Below are positions 40,831 to 53,217 of a stretch of DNA of 64,000 bases, piece by piece. The notes beneath the pieces were generated by a model. It was given only the letters and a program-made list of their open reading frames with translations, did no database searches and was not told the DNA's origin. Made by a program: the position numbers and the translations under genes. Position 1 is the stretch's first letter, and each line of letters begins with the position of its first letter. The stretch is from Geosiphon pyriformis uo1 (lineage: Eukaryota > Fungi > Glomeromycota), in assembly GCA_016748015.1 (NCBI GenBank), contig JAAOMT010000235.1:79453-143452 (forward strand). Reading direction: 5' to 3'.

Positions 40831-41487
40831 ATGAACAATTATTTCCTAGATCAAAACATTTAAAATGCTTTCTACACTCTCCATGAGTACTGGATCAAAA
40901 ATTATCCAAATGCTACTCTGACCATTGGAAAACAAACCACCATAACTGATAACAGTGGAACACATACTGTTATTAGACCAAAGAAAACCACTACCAGAAG
41001 AGAAAGAATTGGTAGCAAAATGGATAAGTATTTGCTAAAAAGCATAACAGCAGCAATACTTATATCTTCCATGACAATTGGAAAAACGATTAAGGAAATC
41101 TTGCCCATAGACAAAAACTTGTCATATGAAAGGCAAGTAAAACTCTATGGTCATCTTGGTGAAATCATAGAAGAAATGAAGTTCATAAAGAAAACAACTT
41201 CAGAGATACAAGTGGAAATTTTGGGCATTATACGTTTAGATGTCCCAAAAGTTTTGACCATTGCAAGAAGAGCCAAAACTCTTATACAAAGATTTGGTCT
41301 CTTGGATACAAAGCTTATTTCGCCTCAAGTACTATACACTCTATCCACAAAAGACTTCAACAAACTAGTTAGTTTTGAGTTAAACAAAACACTTCAATTA
41401 GAATACCTTATAAATAGCTTGATTTTGCTGGAGCTCAATCTCTTTGGAGAGGATGATGTTATGGTTGAAATCCATAATTTTTATTAG
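40831..41487 (+). pseudogene. Gypsy accessory ORF-X (about 218 aa, function unknown), overlapping the PPT and 3' LTR
   Basis: ATG 40831 (MNNYFLDQNI...), one internal TAA, ends ELNLFGEDDVMVEIHNFY* inside the LTR; homologues at 33622-34292, 58351-58985 and 59623-60280. Confidence 0.75.
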
Positions 41488-43027
41488 TTATCACATGTAT
41501 TAGTCACTGATGTCATATAATTAGCCACTCTATTTTTAGATAGTGATTATTGACCTGATCAATGACCTGACTGTTGACCTGATTATTGACCTGATCATTG
41601 ACCTGATCAATGATCTGATCATTGACCTAGTCGTTGACCTGGTCGTTGACCACTTTCAATAGCTATATAAGCAATGAGTCTCTTAGCTGTAGAAAATCAT
41701 CTTTCAAATAAATAAAAATAACAACTTTCATCTCAATTACTCTCTTATTACTAATTTTTCTTTCTCTACCTTCAAGTATCTGAACATCTTAGGATAAAAG
41801 ATTACTTGTTGGCCTTTTTCTGTTTGAATAATTGTAGTATTTGAAGACTATTTGTATAAACGTGACTGAAGAACACAAGTTGATACCTGATATTGAATTC
41901 TAAAAGCGCTGATATGAAGGCATAGAATTAATACCAGTGGTGATCAATTGTTGACAGTATGGACTATCCCTCTACCTTTAGATTCCCTTGTTACCTTTTG
42001 AAAAGAATAGCAACTAAGATATTTTATGAGACTGATCTCGCACATTGAATCCATACTCATTCAATTTGCTCATTGAAGTTGAATCCCCTTTGATTATTTC
42101 CATCACCCTACAATCCTGTTCTCCCTTGCTATCTGTTAGCTTGTTACTCCAACTCGTAACATCATGATGCACCTATGAGAAGATCAGTTTCCAAGAATCA
42201 AATCCAGTCCTGATCAGACTGCTAAGTGGATGAGTAATATGGTTAAGAATAGTCATAAGCTTGTTAGCATTATGAGTAAGATGTACAAATTAGAAATGTT
42301 TGATACATTGAGTAGCAAAAGTAGTACTAGTATGTAGTTAGAGCTTTCCACTAAGTGGTTAGCTGCATTTTGTAAACTTTGTATTATTGGATGAACTGAC
42401 TTTATGAAAGCACCAACTTTATTGTTTGACAAAACTAATAAACAATCATTGTGGCTACACGTTAACATAAAAAAAAAAAAAAACAGCTCAAAACTCCTAA
42501 TTGACACACATAAAATGCAATTAAAGCAGTGATAGGAGAAAAAAGAATTGATCTTAACATAAACAAAGTGGCTGCACATACTGGTATATCTTAAAAATGA
42601 GATGGCTAACAAACTAGCCAAAGAAGCTACTACTTTTGACACAGTGGTGTGGACTTACAATGCTAAGAACATCAGTTATATCCCTTCTTGCAGAGGAGTT
42701 GAATTAGATCTGAATATCAGACATTTTCTGAGCCAACAGACTGGAATTCAAGGAGCCTTGGATTGGATTAGCAATAACAAAGTACAAAAGACAGTAGGGT
42801 CTTTGGACCAGAGAGTAGACTGGAAAAGCACAACCAAAGTGTAGAACTAGGATGGTAAAATGTCATCAGGCTTCATCTCAGCTGGTTTTTCAGTAATGCA
42901 TACATTTATTATGAAATCATTCCACAATATGTTGCCAATGGCAGAGGTGCTATACAACAGATGTTTTTTAGTGTATATGAACAATCTGTGCAAAGTGTGT
43001 TACACAGAAGTTGAAACCAACCAAAAC

Positions 43028-45412
43028 TTTTTTTTTTTTTTATGTTAACATGTAATTATGTTGATCATTTATTAGTTTTGTCTAACAATAAAGTTGGCAC
43101 TTTCATAAAGCCAGCTCACCCAATAATACAAAGTTTACAAGATGTGGTTAACCACTTAGTGAAAAGTCCTAACTACATGCTAGTACTACTTTTGCTACCT
43201 AATGTATCAAATATTTCTAATTTGTATATCTTACCCATAATGCTAACAAGCTTATGACTATTCTTAACCATACTACTTATCCACTTAGCAGTCTGATCAG
43301 GACTGGATTTGATACTAGAAGGCTGATCTTCCCATAGGTGCATCATGACATCGAAGGTGTTATCATAAACTGAAAAATCTTTATCTTTATCATCATCATC
43401 ATCAACATCATCAACCATGTCATCCATTCTCCAAGCAAATCCGTTCACTTATTGTCTCAAGACGTGTTAATCTTTTCTGCATCACAGTGGCAACAGCAGC
43501 CAAGCCTTTATTTTGCTTAGCCAACCCATCTATACATTCTTTAACTGACACATCTACAGCAACCAGAGCACCAACAGGTTCAACCAAGGATTTAATTAAC
43601 ACAGATAGTTCATTAAGGTGGGATTCAAGAAAAGCCAACCTAGATTCAACAGCAGTATTGGGAACAGAGGAGACAGCAGGCAACACAGGTGTTGTAGTTT
43701 TGGGAGAACCACCAAGATCCAACTCCATATTAGCAGCAGCAGCACCAGAAGGAACCACAAAAACAGCAGCCTTGGCATAAGATTTAGATTCAACAAATGA
43801 AGATTTGAAATTTTTGGGGCCATCAAAGGTGTTGGAAGAGAGTTTAGGTGGAAGAGGAGGCAACTTCTTGTAGTCCACAGCCAAATAATTCAAGTCTTGA
43901 CACCTGTAGCAGCAGCGACACCCAGGAGTTTCCCACCAGATGCAACAACCATGCAAGGTACCAGTTTTTGACACAGCAACATTCAGAGATTCCAAAGAAT
44001 CAAAGGTAACCACAGCAAAGTGTTGACATTGATAAGATTCAGGAGAGTAAAGAATAAAACATGTACGGCCACCAACTTAAGAGACCAAATCACTTATCTC
44101 AAAGGCAGTACAGCCAAATGAAAGATTGACCAACTTAGCTTTGAATGCATCTCTTAAGGAAATAACCTCTTTTTGGTTGGCAACAGGAAAAATCCTAACA
44201 CTATCTTTTCTAACCAATACAGACCAGTTAAAGAGAGCAGCAGCAGCAGAAGAAATGTCCTTAAAATTAACCACAGCATATTGCCATAAGCCAGCAGGCT
44301 TCAACTTAACAGAAGTGACAACACCAAAAATGCCAAAAGCAGTTTTGATGTCATTAGAAGAAGTACCCAAAGATATGTTGCACAATGCAACTGACAAGGA
44401 AGGGAAAGAAACAGAGACCACATCAGAAGACCGTGCAATCTTAAGAGTGGTCAAAAACACCTCATCACTGATGGCCACTTTGGTGGCACTATTTAGACAC
44501 TCCTGAGATGCAAATTCCACACAGAACAACTTAACAGCATCTCATGAAACTGACTTAAGCCCAATACAACCAGGCAGTAACTGAAACAAGGAACCAAGCA
44601 GGGCCATTTTGATCTTGAATGTAGCTCCAGGTACTAAATTGGAGGCCACCCAACCAGAGAACCTCTGATGACCATTCACATTTTCCCAAGCACCATCATT
44701 AGCAGCACCAGAAACTGGGGGAGGGACAGTTGATTCCATTTCTATCTAATCAGCCCAATCTTTGAGATCATCTGGATTGATGGACTGTTTTGCTACTGGG
44801 ATTGGTGATGATCTGCCAGAGATTACCACTCAGGCAACACAGCCAGTGGTTGATCTTGGCCCATCTTGGGAGATGTGTTGCTGCTGTTGCTGTCCATATT
44901 AGAAAGAGGGCTGGCTGCTGCTGTGGAGATCTTACCGAAGATTTCATCTGGGATTCAGTGTGATGAAAGCAGTTGTGACTGCCTGCTGCTGTTTTTTGGA
45001 ATTTTTGGCTTTCATGGCCATTTGTGAAGCAGTAATAGTAGAAGTAATAGTGGAAGTGATGAGAGCAGGAAAAACCAACTTGTTGACTGGTCTGTTATTA
45101 AAAATCTTTGGGCTTTTTGAAGTAGTGGAGACAACACTGGGACTAATCCAAGTGTGTCTTTTTGAAAGAACTTTGACTGGAGAAGAACTACCAGCCAAAG
45201 GTGAAAAAAATGAACCAGAAGCTGCTAAAAGCAGCTTATTACTATTATTTTTTAAAGGAAATGTAGCCAAAACGTTTTGTCTAGCTGTTTCAATAACAGA
45301 GAGACTTTCTTGTGTTGAAACTTTATTAGTTATTATAGGAAAAGTAATGTTTGCAGCTTTTTTATTCTTAGCTCTATTTGTGGTCATGAAATTTAGGAGA
45401 GAAAGAGTTTTT
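43028..45412 (-). mobile_element. ORF1-only element copy 5, full length, in LINE copy 3 (no TSD; small target deletion)
   Basis: T-run 43028-43041, ATG 45387, stop 43173, CYRCQDLNYLAVDY knuckle remnant. Confidence 0.9.
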
Positions 45413-45903
45413 AAGATGCTGATAGATGATGTAAGGAATGAGTGGATGTGGTGCTTATCAAAGGCTGTGAGAGGGAAACATAAAATCTTGGACCCTGGTG
45501 AGAGGGTTGTTCTGTCTAATGAGTACATCAGGACAATGCCCAACATAGATCTGCTATGAAAAGACTGATCAATGAGCAATTTGAAAGAATCAGAGGATTA
45601 ATAATAATGTCTTAATTAAGGTGTGTAAATAGGCTGTGACTCAAGCAAGGAATAGACTATGGAGAGAACATTGTAGGCTACAAACTAAGTGGGAAAAAAT
45701 GATAGATATTGATAACAGAATTAAGAAAAACCTATCACAGGTGACCAGTATATACAAATCGCCTAAAAATAATGGTAATAGTGGTGGTAACTCCAATAGT
45801 AAAATGAATGATGGATTCCAACATTGTAATAAGATATTGACTGATGTTTTGGGTAGTAGAATTACTTTAAGTAATAGTGTAATACCTCTTAGATTTTCTG
45901 GTT

Positions 45904-46056
45904 ATACTAGTGTGTAGTTAGGCATAACCACTTTGTGGTTAGCCACATCTTGTAACTTAGATTATTGGGTGAGTTGGCTTTATGAAAAAGCCGTGCTTTT
46001 TGAGTATGGCTAAACTAATAAAAGACCAGTGTGACTACACATTAACAAAAAAAAAA
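45904..46056 (+). promoter_or_regulatory. LINE 3' tail shared with the ORF1-only elements
   Basis: TACTAG.GTGTAGTTAGG...GTGGTTAGCC...TATTGGGTGAG.TGGCTTTATGAAA...CTAATAAA...CTACAC.TTAAC(A)n matches 9151-9300, 12110-12245, 42325-42483, 55472-55620. Confidence 0.85.
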
Positions 46057-48455
46057 GTATTATTATCTGCAATGTTCTGTTCTAAATTGAAGTTGGATGT
46101 ACTATACATTATTTGTTTTCATAGATTTAGATTTTTCAGCCATAGCACTATTCCAGTTATCCTGTTTTTCCACTTGTTTTAGCAGTATCATAATAAATTC
46201 CAGGGTCTTTTTCCTCTGAGGTATGTTTGGAGAACATATCCTGTTTCGCTTTTTTATTACCCTCTTCTTTCTTTTCCTCTGATATGTGACTTGGTGGTTG
46301 ATTCACCACTCTGCCTTCATTTTTTTCTTCTACTGTTACTCCAAGTTTTAAAACTACAGCATTCAGTAGTTTAGTCATTTCATTTACCTGTTGTCTCAAT
46401 TCATTAATTTCAATTTTTCATGGCTGGTCTGCTTCTTTTTTTTGTTGGCCCTCTTTATTGTTTGCTTGTGAGCCAGCTTTTTGAGACCCACTTGGTTTTG
46501 TATTATTCCTATTATTAGATGGGTTTAGTGCCACCATTTTAGCATATGATCTTCCTCCAAAAACCTTAATGGGTTCTTCTGGTACATTTTTTTTAACATA
46601 CAATTTGGCCAATCATATGTTGTTGGTAACTTTCTTGGTATTTCCCTCCTTTTTCTTAAGTAAAGTAGAACAATTTGAGACCAAATGTCTTATCTGATAA
46701 CAAAAATAACACTCTTTAGCATCAGTAGGCATCCAGTAAACCAAAGTGTCTCCAATTACCAAGGGCTTATTGATAGCATTGTAATAACTAGTTTCACTAT
46801 CAAACCCTATGTAAGCACAGCCCATTTTGGTGTAGTTTCTGCTAGTTCTTGGAATAAAGCAAGATTGGGCTTTGATTTGATCCAGAGTGGTACTCAGATA
46901 GTGGGCAGTACAGTTCTGTGGTAGGCCAACAAGCTTAGCTTCCCAGGTTTTCCTCTGCTCAATGATCTTTTGAGTACTTATTATTGGATAAATTCTGACT
47001 ACATCTTTTCTGATCAGGGTCGACCATTGGTCCACAGCTCTGGTTGCTTTCTCTTGGTTGTTAAATTCAATTACTGCTGACTGCCATTTTCCAGCTACTT
47101 TGATTTGAACTTTTTTAATCTCTCCAAATTCTTTCATGGTGGCTCCAACTTCTCTGTTAGAAATACCCAAAGGAATATTTCTAACTAGAACCTTCTTTTG
47201 ACCAGCTATTTGGTTGGCAATGCCATTAGTTGCCATCAAGAATGACTCAATTTTCACATCTGCTAAGATTTTTCTAGCTTGATCCCTTTTAACAATTTGA
47301 GAGAAGTCTATTTGGATTTCTTGGTTTCTCACCATCACAGCCCCCAAAAGGTAACTGACATCTCCCAACAGGTTGTAAATTCACCTCACCTTCTTTTCCA
47401 TGTTTTTTTCTAGTATGTCCAATATCTGCATGAACAGAACATGTCTCTTGGCACCATAAACAACAATTTTCCACCCTTCTTCTTGATTTGCTTCTATAGA
47501 CATGGCATTTTTCTCAAATAGTTTGCTATTCTTTTGGCCCAGACTTGGGCTTAGCATTCTGCTAGATAGACCTGATTTAAAGTCTTCTATGTCCTCTACA
47601 GTCTCTTCCAAATTGACAATATTTTTGTTTATTTTAAATGGATTGTCTATTTGCACATCAAATTTTTCTACAAATTTTCCTTTGTTGATCTTGTCCAAAA
47701 TCTCAGGATTGTATTTTCTTAGAGCTGTTTCAATCTGCACTGCTCTCTTAACCTCTTCACTAGGCAATTTGAATGGTCTATCTAATTTCTTCAGGGACTT
47801 TGATGCCCCCTTTTCACTAGTCCAAACTTCCATTTAAAACTTATTAATGTTTCCTCCTTTGTTGAACATTGGTCACAAGACAAAATTGTTGGTCTGGTTT
47901 GTTGTTTTATCAGTAAGTTTCTTTTCAATAATCTGGTTAAATCTCTCTGTTAGGCCTTTTACACTTATTTTTCCCAAGTGTCTGTATTTTTATTGGGTTT
48001 TTCTTCTAGTCTGTTGTCTGTTAGTAGAGAAAAGTCAGCCACTCTTCGATGTGAAGCTGTTCTTTTTGAAGTATTAGCAATTCTAAAGGATGTGTTGTCT
48101 CTACTGCTTGTGTTTACACTTCCAATTGTTCTACTGCTATGTTCAAATCTAAATAGAGGTGTCATAGGTCTCATATTCTCAATCAGTGTTAGGTTTTATA
48201 AGATTGTGTTATTTTCTTCTTTCTCTGTATTGACAGTAGAATTTCCTTCTACTTGATTTTTATACTTAATGGTATCTTTGCTAGTACTTCTGTTTGTGAC
48301 TATTATCACTTTACTATTAGTGTTGTTTTCAGACATTTTGAAGTCTGTTATAATAATAAAGTGTACTTTTAACTAAAAATATCTTTTGGCAAAAAACTAT
48401 TTTTCTAAATTTAAGGTGTAGTAAATTTTGTGGTAGCAAACAAAGAAAAAAAAAA
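46055..48455 (-). mobile_element. LINE copy 2, 5' part: short 5' UTR, ORF1 (48336-46102, disrupted), ORF2 ATG at 46109
   Basis: Colinear with 10500-16140; ORF 46613..47368 holds the RRM motifs and CYFCYQIRHLVSNC. Confidence 0.9.
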
Positions 48456-48475
48456 GGTTTGTGTTGATCTGTCAA

Positions 48476-48924
48476 CTAATTATTTATACCTGCCACAACA
48501 ATCAAAAGAACACTTTGAAGCACACAACAAAAATGATCTAGACTTATTAAACTCAATCTTTTGCCCTCCTGCTTGATTTGCTTCCCCATTGAAAAACAAT
48601 CTAGTAGACAATTCCAAAGACTTTTGGAACTGGTTTCTGAACAAGCATTCAGCTGAAATCTACATAGCCTATACAACTTATTACTTTAACCAAGCTTATT
48701 TTGAAGACAACTTTGAAGAAAAAAATAACAGCATTAATCAGCTTTTATATTTCACAACCTTTGAACAACAGCCCCCTGATTCTGAATACCTGAATCATCA
48801 AATTTACATTTGGATTGCTGCCTATTAGCTAGCTAAAACACCCTTTGAAACAGAAGAAGAAAGCTATTAAACTGCTCTTGTTTTTGACCCCTTTTCAAGT
48901 GAATCAGAACATTCCACACAAACA
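48476..48924 (+). mobile_element. Gypsy gag 5' fragment, near-identical to 49886-50333, ending at a gap
   Basis: Direct sequence comparison. Confidence 0.75.
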
Positions 48925-49137
48925 NNNNNNNNNNNNNNNNNNNNCTCTTAAGATTGCATGGTCTTCTGGTATAGTCTCTGTTTTTTTTTCCTCTCTGTCA
49001 ATTATACTGCACAATGTACTCTTGGATATCTCTTTTGATGACATCAAAACTGCTCTTGGTATTTTTGGTGTTGTCACTTCTGTTAAGTTGAAGCCTGCTG
49101 GCTTATAGCAATATGCTGTAGTTTATTTTAAAGATAT

Positions 49138-51750
49138 TGTTATGGTTGAAACTTATACTTCTTATTAATTATTACATATATTAGCCACTGATGTCATATA
49201 ATTAACCACTCTATTTTTAGAAAGTGATTATTGATCTGATCAATAACTTGACCATTGACCTGATCATTGACCTGATTATTGACCTGATTATTGACCTGAT
49301 CATTGACCTAATCATTGACCACTTTTGATAGCTATATAAGCAATAAATCTCTTAGTTGTAGAAATACATGTAATAAAATAACAACTTTCATCTCAATCAT
49401 TCTCTTATCACTAATTTCTCTTTCCCTACCTTCAAGTATCTGAACATCTTGGGATAAAAATTACTTGTTGGCATTTACCTACCCTTTTCCTGACTTGTAT
49501 AATTGTAGTATTTGAAGATTATTAAATAAAACATGACTGAAGAGTACATCTAATACCTGATATTAAATTCTAAGAGCACCAATGTGAGGCATAGAATTAT
49601 ACCAAGTGTGATTATTTGTTGACAGTATGGACTATTCTTCTACCTTCAGATTTCCTGGTTATTTTTGAAAAGTATAGCAACTGAGATATTTTATGAGACT
49701 GATCTCACACATTGAATTCATACTTATTCAATTTGTTCTTTGAAGTTGAAATCCTTTTGATTTTTTTCATCACTCTACTATCTTGTTCTCTCTTGCTATC
49801 TGTTAGCTTGTTATTCCAACTTGTAACATAAAAGTGGTGCTCCCTGTAAGATTGTCAAAATCCACTTTGTTTTTTATTGTATGGGTAATTATTTATACCT
49901 GCCACAACAATCAGAAGAACACTTTGAAGCACACAACAAAAATGATCTAAACTTTATTGAACTCAATTTTTTGCCCTCCTGCTTGATTTGCTTCCCCATT
50001 GAAAAACAATCTAGTAGACAATTCCAAGACTTTTGGAACTGGTTTCTGAACAAGCATTCAGCTGAAATCTACATAGCCTATACAACTTATTACTTTAACC
50101 AAGCTTATTTTGAAGACAACTTTAAAGAAAAAAATAACAGCATCAATCAGCTTTTATATTTCACAACCTTTGAACAACAGCCCCCTGATTCTGAATACCT
50201 GAATCATCAAATTTACATTTGGATTGCTGCCTATTAACTAGCTAAAACACCCTTTGAAACAGAAGAAGAAAGCTATTAAACTGCTCTTGTTTTTGACCCC
50301 TTTTCAAGTGAATCAGAACATTCCACACAAACAGTTACTCCTGAACCAATGGCTTAAGACCCTATGCAACAAAACATTTTGGTCACTCTTTAAGGCATAC
50401 AAACTGCTTTAGAACAAAGAAACAATACTCCATTACCATTATTCAGAGGTAATGTCCAAGATCCTATTAAATGGTTGGATGATTTTGAAAGAGCTGCTAC
50501 AGCCAACCAATATAATAATGAATACAAGTTCCAAATTGTTGGTGGCTATCTTCAGGGCTCTTCTGCTACTTGGTTCTTACAAAAAACCAATGCCAATGCT
50601 TAGCAAAAAATCATTAGATAAACACTGGCAAATGCTGAAGAAGATTATACATATTTTACTATCCAGTTTGAAATAAAATTTAAAACTCCTATCTTAATAT
50701 TCAAATGGTGTATGGAATAAAAAAGAAAAACTCAAGGCCTTGGTGAAGTTGTGATTGAATATGCCAAAGCTATTAGAAAACTAATCAAATGAGTAGACTT
50801 TGAAAGAAAAACAGAAAATTCACTCCTTTACAAAAAAATTGAAAACTGATCTCTCATATGCTCTTTGGCTTCTTTTGGCCCTGAAAAATAATCCCACAAT
50901 GGACATGGCCATTGAACTTGCCCAATGAATTAAGGATAACTAAAGGATGGATTTAGAATTCACACTACCAGTTTTTGCTCCTGCTCCTGTTATGGCCCTT
51001 GCTTCTCAAATGGCTGCTACTTCTTTCACTGTTCAGACTCCAGATCCCAATGAACAATTGATAGATAGGCTTATAGCTAATTTTGCCTAGTTATTAGAAC
51101 TCTTAGCCCAAGCAGTCAGAGATAATCAGCAACTACAAAGACACTGATTTGAACCCCATTTTAATCAGCCCCAGCAACTTTCTTATCAAAGACAGCAAAA
51201 TCATAGCCCACCTGTGTGCTATTATTGTGAATTAACTGGACACTTTTCTAGAGATTGCAACAATCCTCTATTGCCTTCTCTAGTTTCTAGAAACAATGAC
51301 AATTAAACTAACAGAACCATTAACAACAATGCCCCCAATTAAAGACCCAATCATGCCAACATTAATTTCTTTGGAGAGGATTTCTTAGTTGAAGCCACTG
51401 TTTATTAGCTTTTAAACTGGTAGGTGCATCTTCAAAGGGTAAGAGTACAAGCCAACCAGAAAAAAACCCCTTTTATGCTTTTAATCTAACTAATGATGTC
51501 CATAATATAGATGAATTAGCAATCAACACCTCTGAATCAACAAGAAAAAAGAAAAAAGCCAAGGTTGATTTTGTTCTGGACCCAAACAAAGCATTCAAAT
51601 CAACTGCTGATAACAATAAGCCACCAAAGGCTAAAGTTTTTAAAAATCTTCCAAAGTTGGAACTCCCAGAAATAGTACAAAAATCTGGCACCTATTTTGT
51701 TGTTAAAAATCTCATGGAAATCCCAGCACACATTATATTTGGCCAACTAA
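49138..51750 (+). mobile_element. Gypsy family A copy 3, 5' part: LTR 49138-49828, PBS, heavily decayed gag and start of pol
   Basis: Inserted after ATAT in an ORF1-only fragment (48945-49137); gag from 49881; TTTAAAC at 51411. Confidence 0.85.
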
Positions 51751-51777
51751 CAGTTTAGAAAAACAGTTCTATAAAAC

Positions 51778-52916
51778 TAAAAAACTCTTTCTCTCTTAAT
51801 TTTCATGACCATAACTAAAGCTAAGAATAAAAAAGTTCCAAACAGTACTTTTCTTATAGTAACTAATAAAGTTTTAACATGAGAGGGCCTTTCTGTTATT
51901 GAAGCAGCTAGACAAAACATTCTGGCTACATTTCCATTAAAAAATATTAGTGAAAAGCTGCTTTTAGCAGCTTCTGGTTTATTTTCTTCTCTAGTTAAAG
52001 TTTCTTCAAAAAACACACTTGGGTTAGTTCCAGTGTAGTCTCTACTATTTCTAAAAACCCAAAGATTTTTAATAACAGACCAGTCAACAAATTGGTTTTT
52101 CCTGCTCTTACAATTTCCACTACTGCTACCACTACTTCTGCTTCCTAAATGGCCATAAAAGCCAAAAATTCCAAAAAACAGCAGCAGGCAGTTGCAACTA
52201 CTATGGTCATACCAAACTTCTTTGTGGTTCCAGATGAGATCTTGGATAAGATTTTCACAGCAGCAGCCAGTCCTCTTTCTGATATAGATGGCAATAGCTC
52301 CTAATATGAAGCAAGATCAACCACTGGCTGTGTTGTCTGATATGGTAATCTCTGACAGATCATTTTCTGTCATAGAAGCAAAACAGTTCATCATTTTAGA
52401 TGATCTTAAAGATTGAGCTGATCAGATGGAAATAGAATCATCTGTTTCTCCCCCAGTTTCTGATGTTGCTGATGATGGTGCTTGGATAAATATAAATGGT
52501 CAACAAAGATTCTCTGAGTGGGTGGCCTCCACTCTTGTGTCTGGTGTCACATTCAAGATAAAGATGGCTCTTCTCAGTTCTTTGTTTTAGCTGCTGCCTG
52601 GTTGTATTGGGCTTAAGTCAGTTTCACAAGATGCTGTTAAGTTGTTTTGTGTGGAATTTGCATCTCAGAAGTGCCTAACTGGTGCCACCAAAAGGACCAT
52701 TAGTGATGAGATTTTTTTGACCACTCTTAAGATTGCATGGTCTTCTGGTATAGTCTCTGTTTTTTTTTCCTCTCTGTCAATTATACTGCACAATGTACTC
52801 TTGGATATCTCTTTTGATGACATCAAAACTGCTCTTGGTATTTTTGGTGTTGTCACTTCTGTTAAGTTGAAGCCTGCTGGCTTATAGCAATATGCTGTAG
52901 TTTATTTTAAAGATAT
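51778..52916 (+). mobile_element. ORF1-only element 5' fragment, interrupted by a Gypsy LTR (52917-53092, then gap)
   Basis: Family 5' end and ATG; LTR TGTTATGG after ATAT. Confidence 0.8.
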
Positions 52917-53217
52917 TGTTATGGTTGAAACTTATACTTCTTATTAATTATTACATATATTAGCCACTGATGTCATATAATTAACCACTCTATTTTTAGA
53001 AAGTGATTATTGATCTGATCAATAACTTGACCATTGACCTGATCATTGACCTGATTATTGACCTGATTATTGACCTGATCATTGACCTAATCNNNNNNNN
53101 NNNNNNNNNNNNTAGTACAAAAATCTGGCACCTATTTTGTTGTTAAAAATCTCATGGAAATCCCAGCACACATTATATTTGGCCAACTAACAGTTTAGAA
53201 AAACAGTTCTATAAAAC

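Larger units (their letters stand above)
26971..42161 (+). mobile_element. Ty3/Gypsy family A copy 1, complete (LTRs 26971-27659 and 41457-42161), interrupted by copy 2
   Basis: TGTTA...TAACA LTRs, TSD TCAT (26967-26970 / 42162-42165), PBS, PPT GGAGAGGATGA, domain order gag-PR-RT-RH-IN. Confidence 0.95.
24941..42483 (+). mobile_element. ORF1-only element copy 4 (24941-26970 plus 42162-42483), split by Gypsy copy 1
   Basis: TSD CAGCTCAAAA 24931-24940 / 42484-42493; ATG 24982; stop 42335-42337; poly(A) 42469-42483. Confidence 0.9.

Noticed and set aside
40831-41487. env gene
   Set aside because: The position fits, but there is no signal peptide, transmembrane anchor or Cys-rich ectodomain, and it is too short.
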